DNA from: an uncultured Bacilli bacterium
GTDB lineage: Bacteria; Bacillota_I; Bacilli_A; RF39; UBA660
Assembly (NCBI GenBank): GCA_947628585.1
Contig: CANRAL010000001.1
Span: forward strand, 3,154-67,153
Length of the DNA: 64,000 nt
Reading direction: 5' to 3'
Shown here: positions 1 to 8,205 of the stretch, one piece after another
Position numbering within the stretch: the stretch's first letter is position 1
Layout of the letters: every line of letters starts with the position of its first letter
Notes under the pieces: generated by a model
What the model saw: only the letters and a program-made list of their open reading frames with translations
Databases searched by the model: none
Told to the model about the DNA's origin: nothing
Program-made: the position numbers and the translations under genes

Positions 1-442
1 CAAAGTAAATATTACTTTTTAATTTTTTATATCCACAGGTAATTAAATTATTTATAATATGATAATTAGAATTATATTCAATATTATTATTCTTAGGATT
101 AAGTTTTCCAATTGCAATTTCGGGATTAATTTTAATAAAGGCATATCCTTTGTTAGCGTAATATTGTTTTAATTGTTCAGTAAAAATTTTTAAAAATGGT
201 AAATTAGTATAATCAATTAAAAAACCTCGAGGAGCATAACCATAATATACATTTTTAATTTTTTTAGAAAGAATTAAAGCTGCGGCCATTATAGAAGAGT
301 TTTCCGTATAGCCAATAAATTCGTATTCATATCCTTGTTCTGCTTGTAATTTAGCATAATCTATAGATTGATAATAATTTCTTAAAGGATGATTTTTTAC
401 AAAAGCATTAAATTCATCTAAAGAGATAACGCGTATATTCAT
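1..442 (-). CDS. FemAB-family peptidoglycan interpeptide-bridge aminoacyltransferase, N-terminal part (3' end runs off window)
   Basis: Not in ORF track because it is truncated. Reverse-strand ATG at 442 gives MNIRVISLDEFNAFVKNHPLRNYYQS...YYGYAPRGFLIDYTN...AFIKINPE. This follows the FemX/FemA N-terminal pattern (FV..HP, RGF..DY, IKIDP). Confidence 0.7.
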   Translation of the reverse strand, partial: MNIRVISLDEFNAFVKNHPLRNYYQSIDYAKLQAEQGYEYEFIGYTENSSIMAAALILSKKIKNVYYGYAPRGFLIDYTNLPFLKIFTEQLKQYYANKGYAFIKINPEIAIGKLNPKNNNIEYNSNYHIINNLITCGYKKLKSNIYF

Positions 443-655
443 AATAACCACACATTCCTTTCACTTCGTTCAAGGCACACATAGTCTTGAAAAGATTATT
501 TTTCAGACTAACCTCCCAAGGGGTGTATTATATCATATAAGTAATTTCTATTTCAAGAATTTGGCAATGAAAATATTAATTTTTGCCTAATTATAAAAAA
601 TAAATAATTGAAAAAAATAGTATTTCAAGGTATAATTTTGATAGGAAGTGATATT

Positions 656-1240
656 ATGGCACAAACACCATTTAAAAAAAGTATAAAAAATAAATATCGG
701 AATTTTGTTAATTATTCCTTTATTATGGCATTAGGAACTTTTCTTTTAGGTTTATTATTGTTGTTTTTAACTGATTTGACAACAAGGGTTATTGGCATTG
801 TGGTCGGATTTAGTTGTCTTGCTAGTGGAGGAGCATCTTTATATAATTATTTTAAAAGGGATGGTGCAAAGTTATTTGAATTAAGTGTCTTTTTCGCCGG
901 ATTTTATTTCTTACTTGGCTTGTTATTAATTTTCTGGCCATATAAAGCGATGAGTTTTTTAATGGTATGTTTAGGTTTATATATGGTAGTTAAAGGCTTA
1001 TTAAAAGTTAACTATGGCTTATGGTTTAAAAGAGGAAATGAAGATTGCTGGTTAGTTACTTTAGTAACAGGTATATTATACGGAGTTATTGGTATTTTAG
1101 TTATGTTTAATCCTTTTGCTGCCGGATTTACTTTAAACCAAATAGTTGGGGCTTTTATGATGATAATTGGTGTTTTAGATTTTCAAAATGCCTTTATGTT
1201 TAAAAAAAGAACAAAAGAAATTATGGATATATTTTGGTAG
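656..1240 (+). CDS. HdeD/DUF308-like multi-pass membrane protein
   Basis: ORF 608..1240. I prefer the internal ATG at 656, preceded by AGGAAG, over the TTG at 608. Repeated hydrophobic helices with LLGLLLIFWP / GILVMFNP motifs typical of DUF308. Confidence 0.55.
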   Translation: MAQTPFKKSIKNKYRNFVNYSFIMALGTFLLGLLLLFLTDLTTRVIGIVVGFSCLASGGASLYNYFKRDGAKLFELSVFFAGFYFLLGLLLIFWPYKAMSFLMVCLGLYMVVKGLLKVNYGLWFKRGNEDCWLVTLVTGILYGVIGILVMFNPFAAGFTLNQIVGAFMMIIGVLDFQNAFMFKKRTKEIMDIFW

Positions 1241-1274
1241 TATTAACTACCTTTTTATTTAGAAGGAGTGTTGA

Positions 1275-2510
1275 ATGGTGAAAATAAAAGATATTTTAGC
1301 GCGAGAAATACTAGATAGTCGGGGAAATCCAACTATTGAAGTAGATATGATTTTGGAAAATGGCATTAAGGGAAGAGCTAGTATTCCTAGTGGAGCTTCA
1401 ACGGGGAGCCGGGAAGCATTAGAACTTAGAGATAACGATAAAAATCGTTATTTAGGAAAAGGTGTATTAAAAGCGGTAGATAATGTTTTAAACATTATTA
1501 AACCAGCTTTAGTAGGTAAAGAATTAAATCAAAAAGAAGTTGATAAAATTCTTTTATCTTTAGATAATACGGAAAATAAATCAAATTTAGGGGCTAATGC
1601 TATGCTAGCGGTATCATTAGCTAGTTTAAAGTGTTTAGCTTTAAGTGAAAAAAAAGAATTATATACTTACATTTCCAGTGGCAAAGTTTCTTTACCTATT
1701 CCAATGATTAATATAATTAATGGGGGAAAGCATGCGGAAAATAATTTAGATATTCAAGAGTTTATGATTATTCCTACTATGAAAGGAATGAAAGAAAGAG
1801 TTAGGGCGGCAGCCGAAATATTCCACGCTTTAAAAAGTATTTTACATGAAAATAATTTAAGTACTGGTGTAGGTGATGAAGGGGGATTTGCTCCAGATTT
1901 AAAAAATAATGAAGAAGCATTTAGTTTTTTAATCGCGGCGATTAAAAAGGCAAATTATGTTCCTGGCAAAGATGTTTTTTTAGGAATAGATGCTGCGGCA
2001 AGTGAATTTTATGATTCTACTGAAAAGAAATATAGTCTAGATGGAAAAAAGATTACAAAAGAAGAGTTAACTAATTATTATCTAGATATGATAAATAAAT
2101 ATCCTCTTATAAGTATTGAAGATCCTTTCTATGAAGATGATTTCGATGCTTTAGCAAATTTAACTAAATTAGTAGGAAATAAAATAATGTTAGTCGGTGA
2201 TGATTATTTTGTTACTAATGAAAAATATTTGAAAAAAGGAATTGAAATGGAAGCCGGAAATGCTATTCTTTTAAAGGCTAATCAAATCGGAACAGTAAGT
2301 GAAATGATTAATACTATTGTTTTAGCTAAAAATAATAAATATAAAACGATAATTTCCCATCGTAGTGGTGAAACTATGGATACTTTTATTGCTGACTTCG
2401 CGGTAGGACTTAATTTAGGATTTATTAAAACGGGTTCAATGTCTCGGGGGGAAAGAATTGCAAAATATAATCGTTTAATGGAAATTGAAGAAGAGTTATT
2501 AAAAAAGTAA
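1275..2510 (+). CDS. eno: enolase (phosphopyruvate hydratase)
   Basis: ILAREILDSRGNPTIEVD, SGASTGSREALELRD, NIINGGKHAENNLDIQEFMI, SHRSGETMD and KTGSMSRGERIAKYNRL are canonical enolase motifs. AGGAG RBS. Confidence 0.97.
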   Translation: MVKIKDILAREILDSRGNPTIEVDMILENGIKGRASIPSGASTGSREALELRDNDKNRYLGKGVLKAVDNVLNIIKPALVGKELNQKEVDKILLSLDNTENKSNLGANAMLAVSLASLKCLALSEKKELYTYISSGKVSLPIPMINIINGGKHAENNLDIQEFMIIPTMKGMKERVRAAAEIFHALKSILHENNLSTGVGDEGGFAPDLKNNEEAFSFLIAAIKKANYVPGKDVFLGIDAAASEFYDSTEKKYSLDGKKITKEELTNYYLDMINKYPLISIEDPFYEDDFDALANLTKLVGNKIMLVGDDYFVTNEKYLKKGIEMEAGNAILLKANQIGTVSEMINTIVLAKNNKYKTIISHRSGETMDTFIADFAVGLNLGFIKTGSMSRGERIAKYNRLMEIEEELLKK

Positions 2511-2543
2511 AGTATATTATTAATAAAATAAGCCATTATAATA

Positions 2544-2984
2544 ATGGTGAATAAAATGGAAGAAAATATAAATGCTTTAGATGAAATACATAAAGGGGCA
2601 ACTATGGGTATGGATGCTATTGGTTTTATTATTGATAAAGTTAAAGATAAGAAATTAAAAGAAGTATTAAAAAAACAAAATAATGGTTACAAAGATATTG
2701 CTAAAACGGTGGAAAAAATATATTCTAAGTATGATGATGGCAATGCTCATAGTACCAATTTAATGAATAAAGTTATGACTGATATGGGTATTGAAATGAA
2801 AACAATGAATGATACTAGTAATTCTAAAATCGCGGAAATTCTTTTACAAGGCGTAAATATGGGAATTATAGAAGGTAGAAAAATATTAAATAAGAAAAAA
2901 ATAGATAAAGAAGTTGAATCCATTGTTAGTGATTATGTAACCATGCAAGAAAAAGCAGTAGAGGTATTAAAAACTTATTTATAA
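2544..2984 (+). CDS. small helical protein, DUF2383/ferritin-like four-helix-bundle type (start may be ATG 2556)
   Basis: INALDEIHKGATMGMDAIGFIIDKVKD resembles clostridial DUF2383 proteins. Followed by a terminator. Confidence 0.45.
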   Translation: MVNKMEENINALDEIHKGATMGMDAIGFIIDKVKDKKLKEVLKKQNNGYKDIAKTVEKIYSKYDDGNAHSTNLMNKVMTDMGIEMKTMNDTSNSKIAEILLQGVNMGIIEGRKILNKKKIDKEVESIVSDYVTMQEKAVEVLKTYL

Positions 2985-3010
2985 CCAAAGATTTGGAACT
3001 TTGGTTTTTT
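2985..3010 (+). terminator. rho-independent terminator
   Basis: ccaaag / ctttgg stem followed by tttttt. Confidence 0.7.
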
Positions 3011-3038
3011 CATGATATAATTTTAACGGTGAATAAAA

Positions 3039-4421
3039 ATGTACGATGTTGTAATAATAGGCGCTGGCCCAGCAGGTTTATTCGCGGCCTATGAATTAAT
3101 TGAAAAAAATAGTAAATTAAAGATATTATTATTAGATAAAGGAAAGCTAGCTCAAAAAAGAGTTTGTCCTATAAATAAATCGAAAGATGGGTTATGTCAT
3201 AATTGTCAGCCATGTCAAATTTTATCTGGCTTTGGGGGCGCAGGAACATTTTCCGACGGTAAGTTAAATTTTATTCCAAAACTAGGTAAATCAAATTTAT
3301 TTAAGTATATGGATCAAACGGATGCTTATCATTTAATTGATGAAACGGAAGAAATATTTAATAAGTTTGGAATGACCGCGGAAAGTTATCCTAAAAATAT
3401 GGATGAAGCAAAAGCTATTGGCGAAAAAATTGCTAGAGTAGGAGCAAGCTTACTTATAATAAAACAAAAACATTTAGGTAGTGATATGTTACCCATATAT
3501 ATTGAAAAATTTACTAATTATTTAATTGATAAAGGGGTAGATATAAAAGAAAATATTGAGGTAAGTGATATTCAAAAAGTAAAATCTAATTATGAAGTTA
3601 TAAGTAAAAATGCTATTTTTAAAACTAAATATGTAATTGTAGCTCCGGGAAGAACTGGAGCAAAATGGGTTCAAGAGCTCGCCGACAAATATAAAATCAA
3701 TTATACTTCGCAAAGTATCGAAATAGGGGTTAGAGTTGAAGTAAGAAAAGAAATTTTAGATCCTATAACTAATATTATATATGATCCGACTATATTTATT
3801 AAGACTGATACCTATAATGATGAAATAAGAACTTTTTGTACTAATCCTGGAGGATATGTTAGTAAAGAAAATTATAATGGCTATATTTGTGTAAATGGGC
3901 ATTCCTTAAAAAATAAGAAATCTAATAATTCCAATTTTGCTTTTATTTCTAAAGTTAATTTGACAGAACCCGTGACTAATACGCGGGAATATGGCGAATG
4001 CATTGCTAAAATTGCCAATACTTTAGGCGCGGGAAAACCAATTATTCAAACATTAAGAGATTTAAGAATGGGTCGCAGAAGTAATATGGAACGAATAAAA
4101 AAAGGTTTTATAGAACCAACATTGAAAGATGTAGTTGCAGGAGATTTAGCCTTAGTATTACCTCATCGAATAATAAAAAATATTATTGAAGGAATCGATA
4201 TATTAAATAAAATTATTCCAGGGGTAAGCAACGGAGAAACCTTATTATATGGTCCTGAAATAAAATTTTTTAGTAATGAAATAGATACAAATAACAATAT
4301 GAAATTAAATGATGAAGATATTTACTTTATTGGCGATGGAGCTGGTAAAGCTGGGAATATAGTTACGGCGGCAGCAACAGGGTTAATCGCGGCAAGAGAT
4401 ATTTTGGAAAGAGAAAAGTAA
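3039..4421 (+). CDS. FAD-dependent oxidoreductase (COG2509-type uncharacterized FAD dehydrogenase)
   Basis: N-terminal Rossmann motif MYDVVIIGAGPAGLFAA and C-terminal GDGAGKAGNIVTAAATG. Confidence 0.75.
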   Translation: MYDVVIIGAGPAGLFAAYELIEKNSKLKILLLDKGKLAQKRVCPINKSKDGLCHNCQPCQILSGFGGAGTFSDGKLNFIPKLGKSNLFKYMDQTDAYHLIDETEEIFNKFGMTAESYPKNMDEAKAIGEKIARVGASLLIIKQKHLGSDMLPIYIEKFTNYLIDKGVDIKENIEVSDIQKVKSNYEVISKNAIFKTKYVIVAPGRTGAKWVQELADKYKINYTSQSIEIGVRVEVRKEILDPITNIIYDPTIFIKTDTYNDEIRTFCTNPGGYVSKENYNGYICVNGHSLKNKKSNNSNFAFISKVNLTEPVTNTREYGECIAKIANTLGAGKPIIQTLRDLRMGRRSNMERIKKGFIEPTLKDVVAGDLALVLPHRIIKNIIEGIDILNKIIPGVSNGETLLYGPEIKFFSNEIDTNNNMKLNDEDIYFIGDGAGKAGNIVTAAATGLIAARDILEREK

Positions 4422-4445
4422 TAAACTTTTTTCTTTTTTCTTTGA

Positions 4446-4475
4446 TTTACAAAAGATAGTTAATAATGATATAAT
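4446..4475 (+). promoter_or_regulatory. sigmaA-type promoter for tRNA-Thr
   Basis: TTTACA, 18 nt spacer, TATAAT. The tRNA starts 8 nt after the -10. Confidence 0.5.
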
Positions 4476-4483
4476 CTATATGT

Positions 4484-4557
4484 GCCGATTTAGTACAGTG
4501 GTAGTACAGATGCATGGTAAGCATCAGAGATCAGTTCAATTCTGCTAATCGGCACCA
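4484..4557 (+). tRNA. tRNA-Thr (anticodon GGT), CCA encoded
   Basis: Acceptor GCCGATT/AATCGGC, D arm GTAC..GTAC, anticodon stem GATGC/GCATC with loop ATGGTAA, T loop TTCAATT. One T-stem mismatch. Confidence 0.85.
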
Positions 4558-4567
4558 GATTGATACC

Positions 4568-4597
4568 AAACTCGAACTTTTATAGCTCGAGTTTTAA
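4568..4597 (+). terminator. rho-independent terminator after tRNA-Thr
   Basis: aaactcga / tcgagttt perfect 8-bp stem followed by a T-run. Confidence 0.7.
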
Positions 4598-4697
4598 AAT
4601 GATTAAATTTATGTTACTATATTTTATAGAAGAATTGATGTATTTGTCAATTTATAAAACACACTTGTATATTGATAAAGTCAATATATCTAAAAAT

Positions 4698-6215
4698 TTA
4701 ATGCTTTTTATAACCTTCAGTTTGTATGTCAATATTGTTATATAAATTAGTGTATTGTGAAGAAGTTGGAATTAGTCCACCACAAACAGTAGGAACTTGG
4801 CTGATATCACTTATAGTACCTTTACTCAAAAGTTTAGTTCTAACTCTTTCTAAATTACAATCCACATTGTCAGTTAAAGACCAATATGATATTCCATTTA
4901 ATTTTACTTCCGAATTATTGATGATAGATGATATACTATTAATTCTATCTCTTTTCATAGTATATACTTCTTCATAAGAAATTTCAGGATTATCCCCAAT
5001 TGTTTTTGAAGTTTCACTTTCACTTAAAGATAAATCAAATTCAGTTATTTGAATTTTGATATTTAGTTTATCTTGTAAAAATTTAAAATCTTTAAAACAT
5101 TCTTGTATTTGTTCATCACTAGTTCTAAAAGTTATATGCATTTGCGAACCTAAAGTATCAATTAGACCATTCGAAGTAGAGTTTATTGCTTGTAATACTT
5201 CAACAACTTTTTTTCTTCTTTCAGAATCTTCTAAAAATGGCTCATTATATAAATAACTAACACCTTCAGGTTTATGAGTTTTAGCATATTCAAATATATT
5301 ACATAAATCATTAATCGTTATACCATAACGACTTTCCCATATATTTTCATACTGCCCTTGACTGTTTTTATCAAAACTTACAATTTCATTAAATAAATCA
5401 ACAGCATTGATAACAGGTGTTCCATCTACTAACTTATGTGTTTCATTATATTCATTTATAAAATCTATAGTGGATTTAACATAAGAAGTTAATGTTTTTA
5501 AAATTTCTTCTTTCGATCTTCCTATAAATAAACTTTCAGCTGCTCCTTTGGTTAGAAGAGAATGAAATCGTATATGTTTATTATTTTTTAATGCAAAGTC
5601 TAAATCTTTTTTAGCAAAATAGAAATCAAATCGTTCTTGATTATCTTCGTCAAAAAATTCGTTTATGACAACTTCTGGTTTACCAGATCCCACTAATAAA
5701 GAATTAAATGTTGATAATTTTTCATTAAGCAATACAAACTCATCGTATAAATTAGGCATTTTATTTTGATCTCGTTCAGCTGAGACAAATCTGTGAGCCT
5801 GTTTAAAAATTTCCTCATAATTATTTGGATATCTATTTTTTATATATTCTTTAATATATGTTATTATTTCAATATTTTTATCGATATAAATTTTTTTGAT
5901 AACTTCAATATCTTCCTGCTTTATACCTAAATGATATAATGTATTATCTAATATATCTTGTTTATTACTGTTATGTGGTACTAAAGTATCTTGATATTCT
6001 TTGAAAACTTTTCGCTTTAATTTTTCTAAATCTTGATTAATAAAATTTTGCAAATCTTCCTTTGAAAATACTCCGTTTAATTGTTTACATTGATATATAA
6101 AAGAAATTATTTCTTCACAAGTTTGGCATTGTATAATCGATAACATATCTAATTGTTCACTACTGAAATACCCTCCAATATTACTAGTATTTACATTTAA
6201 ACCATACAAATCCAT
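4698..6215 (-). CDS. GH10-like TIM-barrel glycoside hydrolase with ~200-aa N-terminal extension, no signal peptide
   Basis: Ordered GH10-like motifs: IRFHSLL, DLFNEIV (NE acid/base), LYNEPF, IDTLGSQMH, IQITEFDL (TE-D nucleophile), ISYWSLTDNVD. AGGTG RBS. Confidence 0.55.
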   Translation of the reverse strand: MDLYGLNVNTSNIGGYFSSEQLDMLSIIQCQTCEEIISFIYQCKQLNGVFSKEDLQNFINQDLEKLKRKVFKEYQDTLVPHNSNKQDILDNTLYHLGIKQEDIEVIKKIYIDKNIEIITYIKEYIKNRYPNNYEEIFKQAHRFVSAERDQNKMPNLYDEFVLLNEKLSTFNSLLVGSGKPEVVINEFFDEDNQERFDFYFAKKDLDFALKNNKHIRFHSLLTKGAAESLFIGRSKEEILKTLTSYVKSTIDFINEYNETHKLVDGTPVINAVDLFNEIVSFDKNSQGQYENIWESRYGITINDLCNIFEYAKTHKPEGVSYLYNEPFLEDSERRKKVVEVLQAINSTSNGLIDTLGSQMHITFRTSDEQIQECFKDFKFLQDKLNIKIQITEFDLSLSESETSKTIGDNPEISYEEVYTMKRDRINSISSIINNSEVKLNGISYWSLTDNVDCNLERVRTKLLSKGTISDISQVPTVCGGLIPTSSQYTNLYNNIDIQTEGYKKH

Positions 6216-6444
6216 TACAACACCTACTTTCTATTCCATTATATTTTAACAAAAGTGACAGTAATTTTCAATGTAGGTAAAATCTAAGAATTTAAAAGAA
6301 ATAAAATATAAAAATTTTAAATTATATGAAGATTTAGTGAATTTTATCGAAAAATGAACTTTTAAATAAAAAATGTGGTAGAATCATTATAAATGCCTAA
6401 TGCATATTGTTATAATAGTTGATTTATTAAGGAAGGTATAAATT

Positions 6445-8205
6445 ATGTTAAAATTATTTAAAAACTTAAAGAAAGAAGATTGGATATATGCTGGTATTAG
6501 TTTTCTTTTAATAGCTTTTCAAGTATGGTTAGAATTAAAAATGCCAGATTATATGTCTGAAATTACCCAATTAGTTCAAACTGAAGGTAGTAAAATGGCT
6601 GATATTTTAATTAATGGTGGTTATATGCTTTTATGTGCCTTGGCTTCATTAATTTGTGCCGTTATAACTGGTTATTTGATTGCTAATGTATCGGCTAGAT
6701 TTTCGAAAAATATTCGAAAAAAATTATTTAATAAAACTTTAGAATTATCTATGGGAGAAATAAAAGATTTTTCCCCCAGTAGTTTAATTACGCGAACTAC
6801 CAATGATATAACCCAAATTCAAATGTTTATTGCAATGGGGCTTCAAATGATGGTTAAGGCTCCTCTTACAGCAATTTGGGCGGTAACAAAAATATTAAAT
6901 AAAAGTTGGCAATGGAGTACTTTAACCGCGGGGGCTGTAGTTATTTTACTTTCGACGGTGGCAATTATTTTAGTTATTGTTTTACCTCGTTTTAAAATAG
7001 TTCAAAAATTAATTGATCGAGTTAACAAAATTACGCGAGAAAATTTAATGGGTATTCGGGTTATTCGGGCTTTTAATGCCGAAGAATATCAAGAAAATAA
7101 ATTTGAGGAAGTAAATAAAAATTTAACTAATACGCAATTATTTAATCAAAAAGCATTTGCTATTATGCAACCAATTATGTATTTAGTAATGTATTTTTTA
7201 ACTTTAGCTATTTATATTATTGGTATATATTTGATAAAAAATAGTTTAATGGCAAATAAAATAGCTTTATTTGGGGATATGGTAGTTTATTCTTCATATG
7301 CTATGCAAGTAATTATGTCATTTTTAATGCTAGCTATGATTTTTATGATTTTGCCAAGAGCCAATGTTTCGGCGAATAGAATTAATGAAGTATTAGATAA
7401 ATTGGTAAGTATTAAAAACGGAACTTTAAAAGAAACAAAAACAGGAGAAGTTGGAACAGTGGAATTTAAAAATGTAAGTTTTAAATATCCGGATGCCGAA
7501 GATTATGTTTTGGAGGATATATCTTTTAAAGTTAAACAAGGAGAAACGGTGGCATTTATTGGTTCTACTGGTAGTGGTAAATCTACTTTAATTAATTTAA
7601 TTCCGCGATTCTACGATGTTACTAAAGGAGAAATCCTAGTTGATGGTATTAACATTAAAGAATATGATTTAAAATATTTATATAATAAACTAGGATATGT
7701 TTCCCAAAAAGCGGTTATGTTTAATGATACTGTAATAGGAAATGTTACATTTGGGGATAATGGACAAAAAAAGAGTAATGAATTAGTTAATAAAGCTCTT
7801 AAAGTGGCTCAAGCCGAAGAATTTGTTTCCAAAATGGAAAACAAAGAATATTCTAATATATCGCAAGGAGGAACAAATATATCGGGAGGTCAAAAACAAA
7901 GACTATCAATTGCCCGGGCTATTGCTCGAGAACCAGAAATATATATATTTGATGATTCTTTTTCTGCTTTAGATTATAAAACGGATAGTAAAGTTCGCCA
8001 TGAATTAAAAAAATATACGAAGAATGCTACAAGTTTAATTGTTGCTCAAAGAATAGGAACAATTATGAATGCAGATAAAATTATTGTTTTAGATAAAGGA
8101 AAATGCGTAGGAATTGGTAGCCATAAAGAACTTTTAAATAGTTGTGATGTATATAAAGAAATTGCTTTATCCCAATTATCAAAGGAGGAATTAGAAAATG
8201 CCTAG
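6445..8205 (+). CDS. ABC exporter, fused permease/ATPase (heterodimer subunit A)
   Basis: Six-TM N-terminal half, then Walker A GSTGSGKST, signature ISGGQKQRLSIARA and Walker B IYIFDD. Confidence 0.9.
   Translation: MLKLFKNLKKEDWIYAGISFLLIAFQVWLELKMPDYMSEITQLVQTEGSKMADILINGGYMLLCALASLICAVITGYLIANVSARFSKNIRKKLFNKTLELSMGEIKDFSPSSLITRTTNDITQIQMFIAMGLQMMVKAPLTAIWAVTKILNKSWQWSTLTAGAVVILLSTVAIILVIVLPRFKIVQKLIDRVNKITRENLMGIRVIRAFNAEEYQENKFEEVNKNLTNTQLFNQKAFAIMQPIMYLVMYFLTLAIYIIGIYLIKNSLMANKIALFGDMVVYSSYAMQVIMSFLMLAMIFMILPRANVSANRINEVLDKLVSIKNGTLKETKTGEVGTVEFKNVSFKYPDAEDYVLEDISFKVKQGETVAFIGSTGSGKSTLINLIPRFYDVTKGEILVDGINIKEYDLKYLYNKLGYVSQKAVMFNDTVIGNVTFGDNGQKKSNELVNKALKVAQAEEFVSKMENKEYSNISQGGTNISGGQKQRLSIARAIAREPEIYIFDDSFSALDYKTDSKVRHELKKYTKNATSLIVAQRIGTIMNADKIIVLDKGKCVGIGSHKELLNSCDVYKEIALSQLSKEELENA

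Noticed and set aside
443-540. Possible T-box or riboswitch in the 5' leader of the FemAB-family gene (minus strand)
   Set aside because: Only a single imperfect hairpin (agtctgaaaa.../...ttttcaagact) is present. It is too short, and no T-box consensus or terminator/antiterminator pair is visible.
608-655. TTG/GTG-extended N-termini given in the ORF track (608, 10807, 20136, 25088, 25580, 26605, 28872, 41667, 48904, 49467, 51450, 53862, 63291)
   Set aside because: In each case an internal ATG has a well-spaced AGGAGG-like RBS and yields a sensible N-terminus (signal peptide, lipobox, paralog-matching MY.. start). For 48904 the extension runs through a terminator hairpin.
4560-5256. Plus-strand ORFs 4560..4745, 4726..4977 and 5056..5256 opposite the GH10-like gene
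   Set aside because: The first starts inside the tRNA terminator. The others are antisense to a 505-aa ORF with ordered catalytic motifs. No RBS and low-complexity translations.
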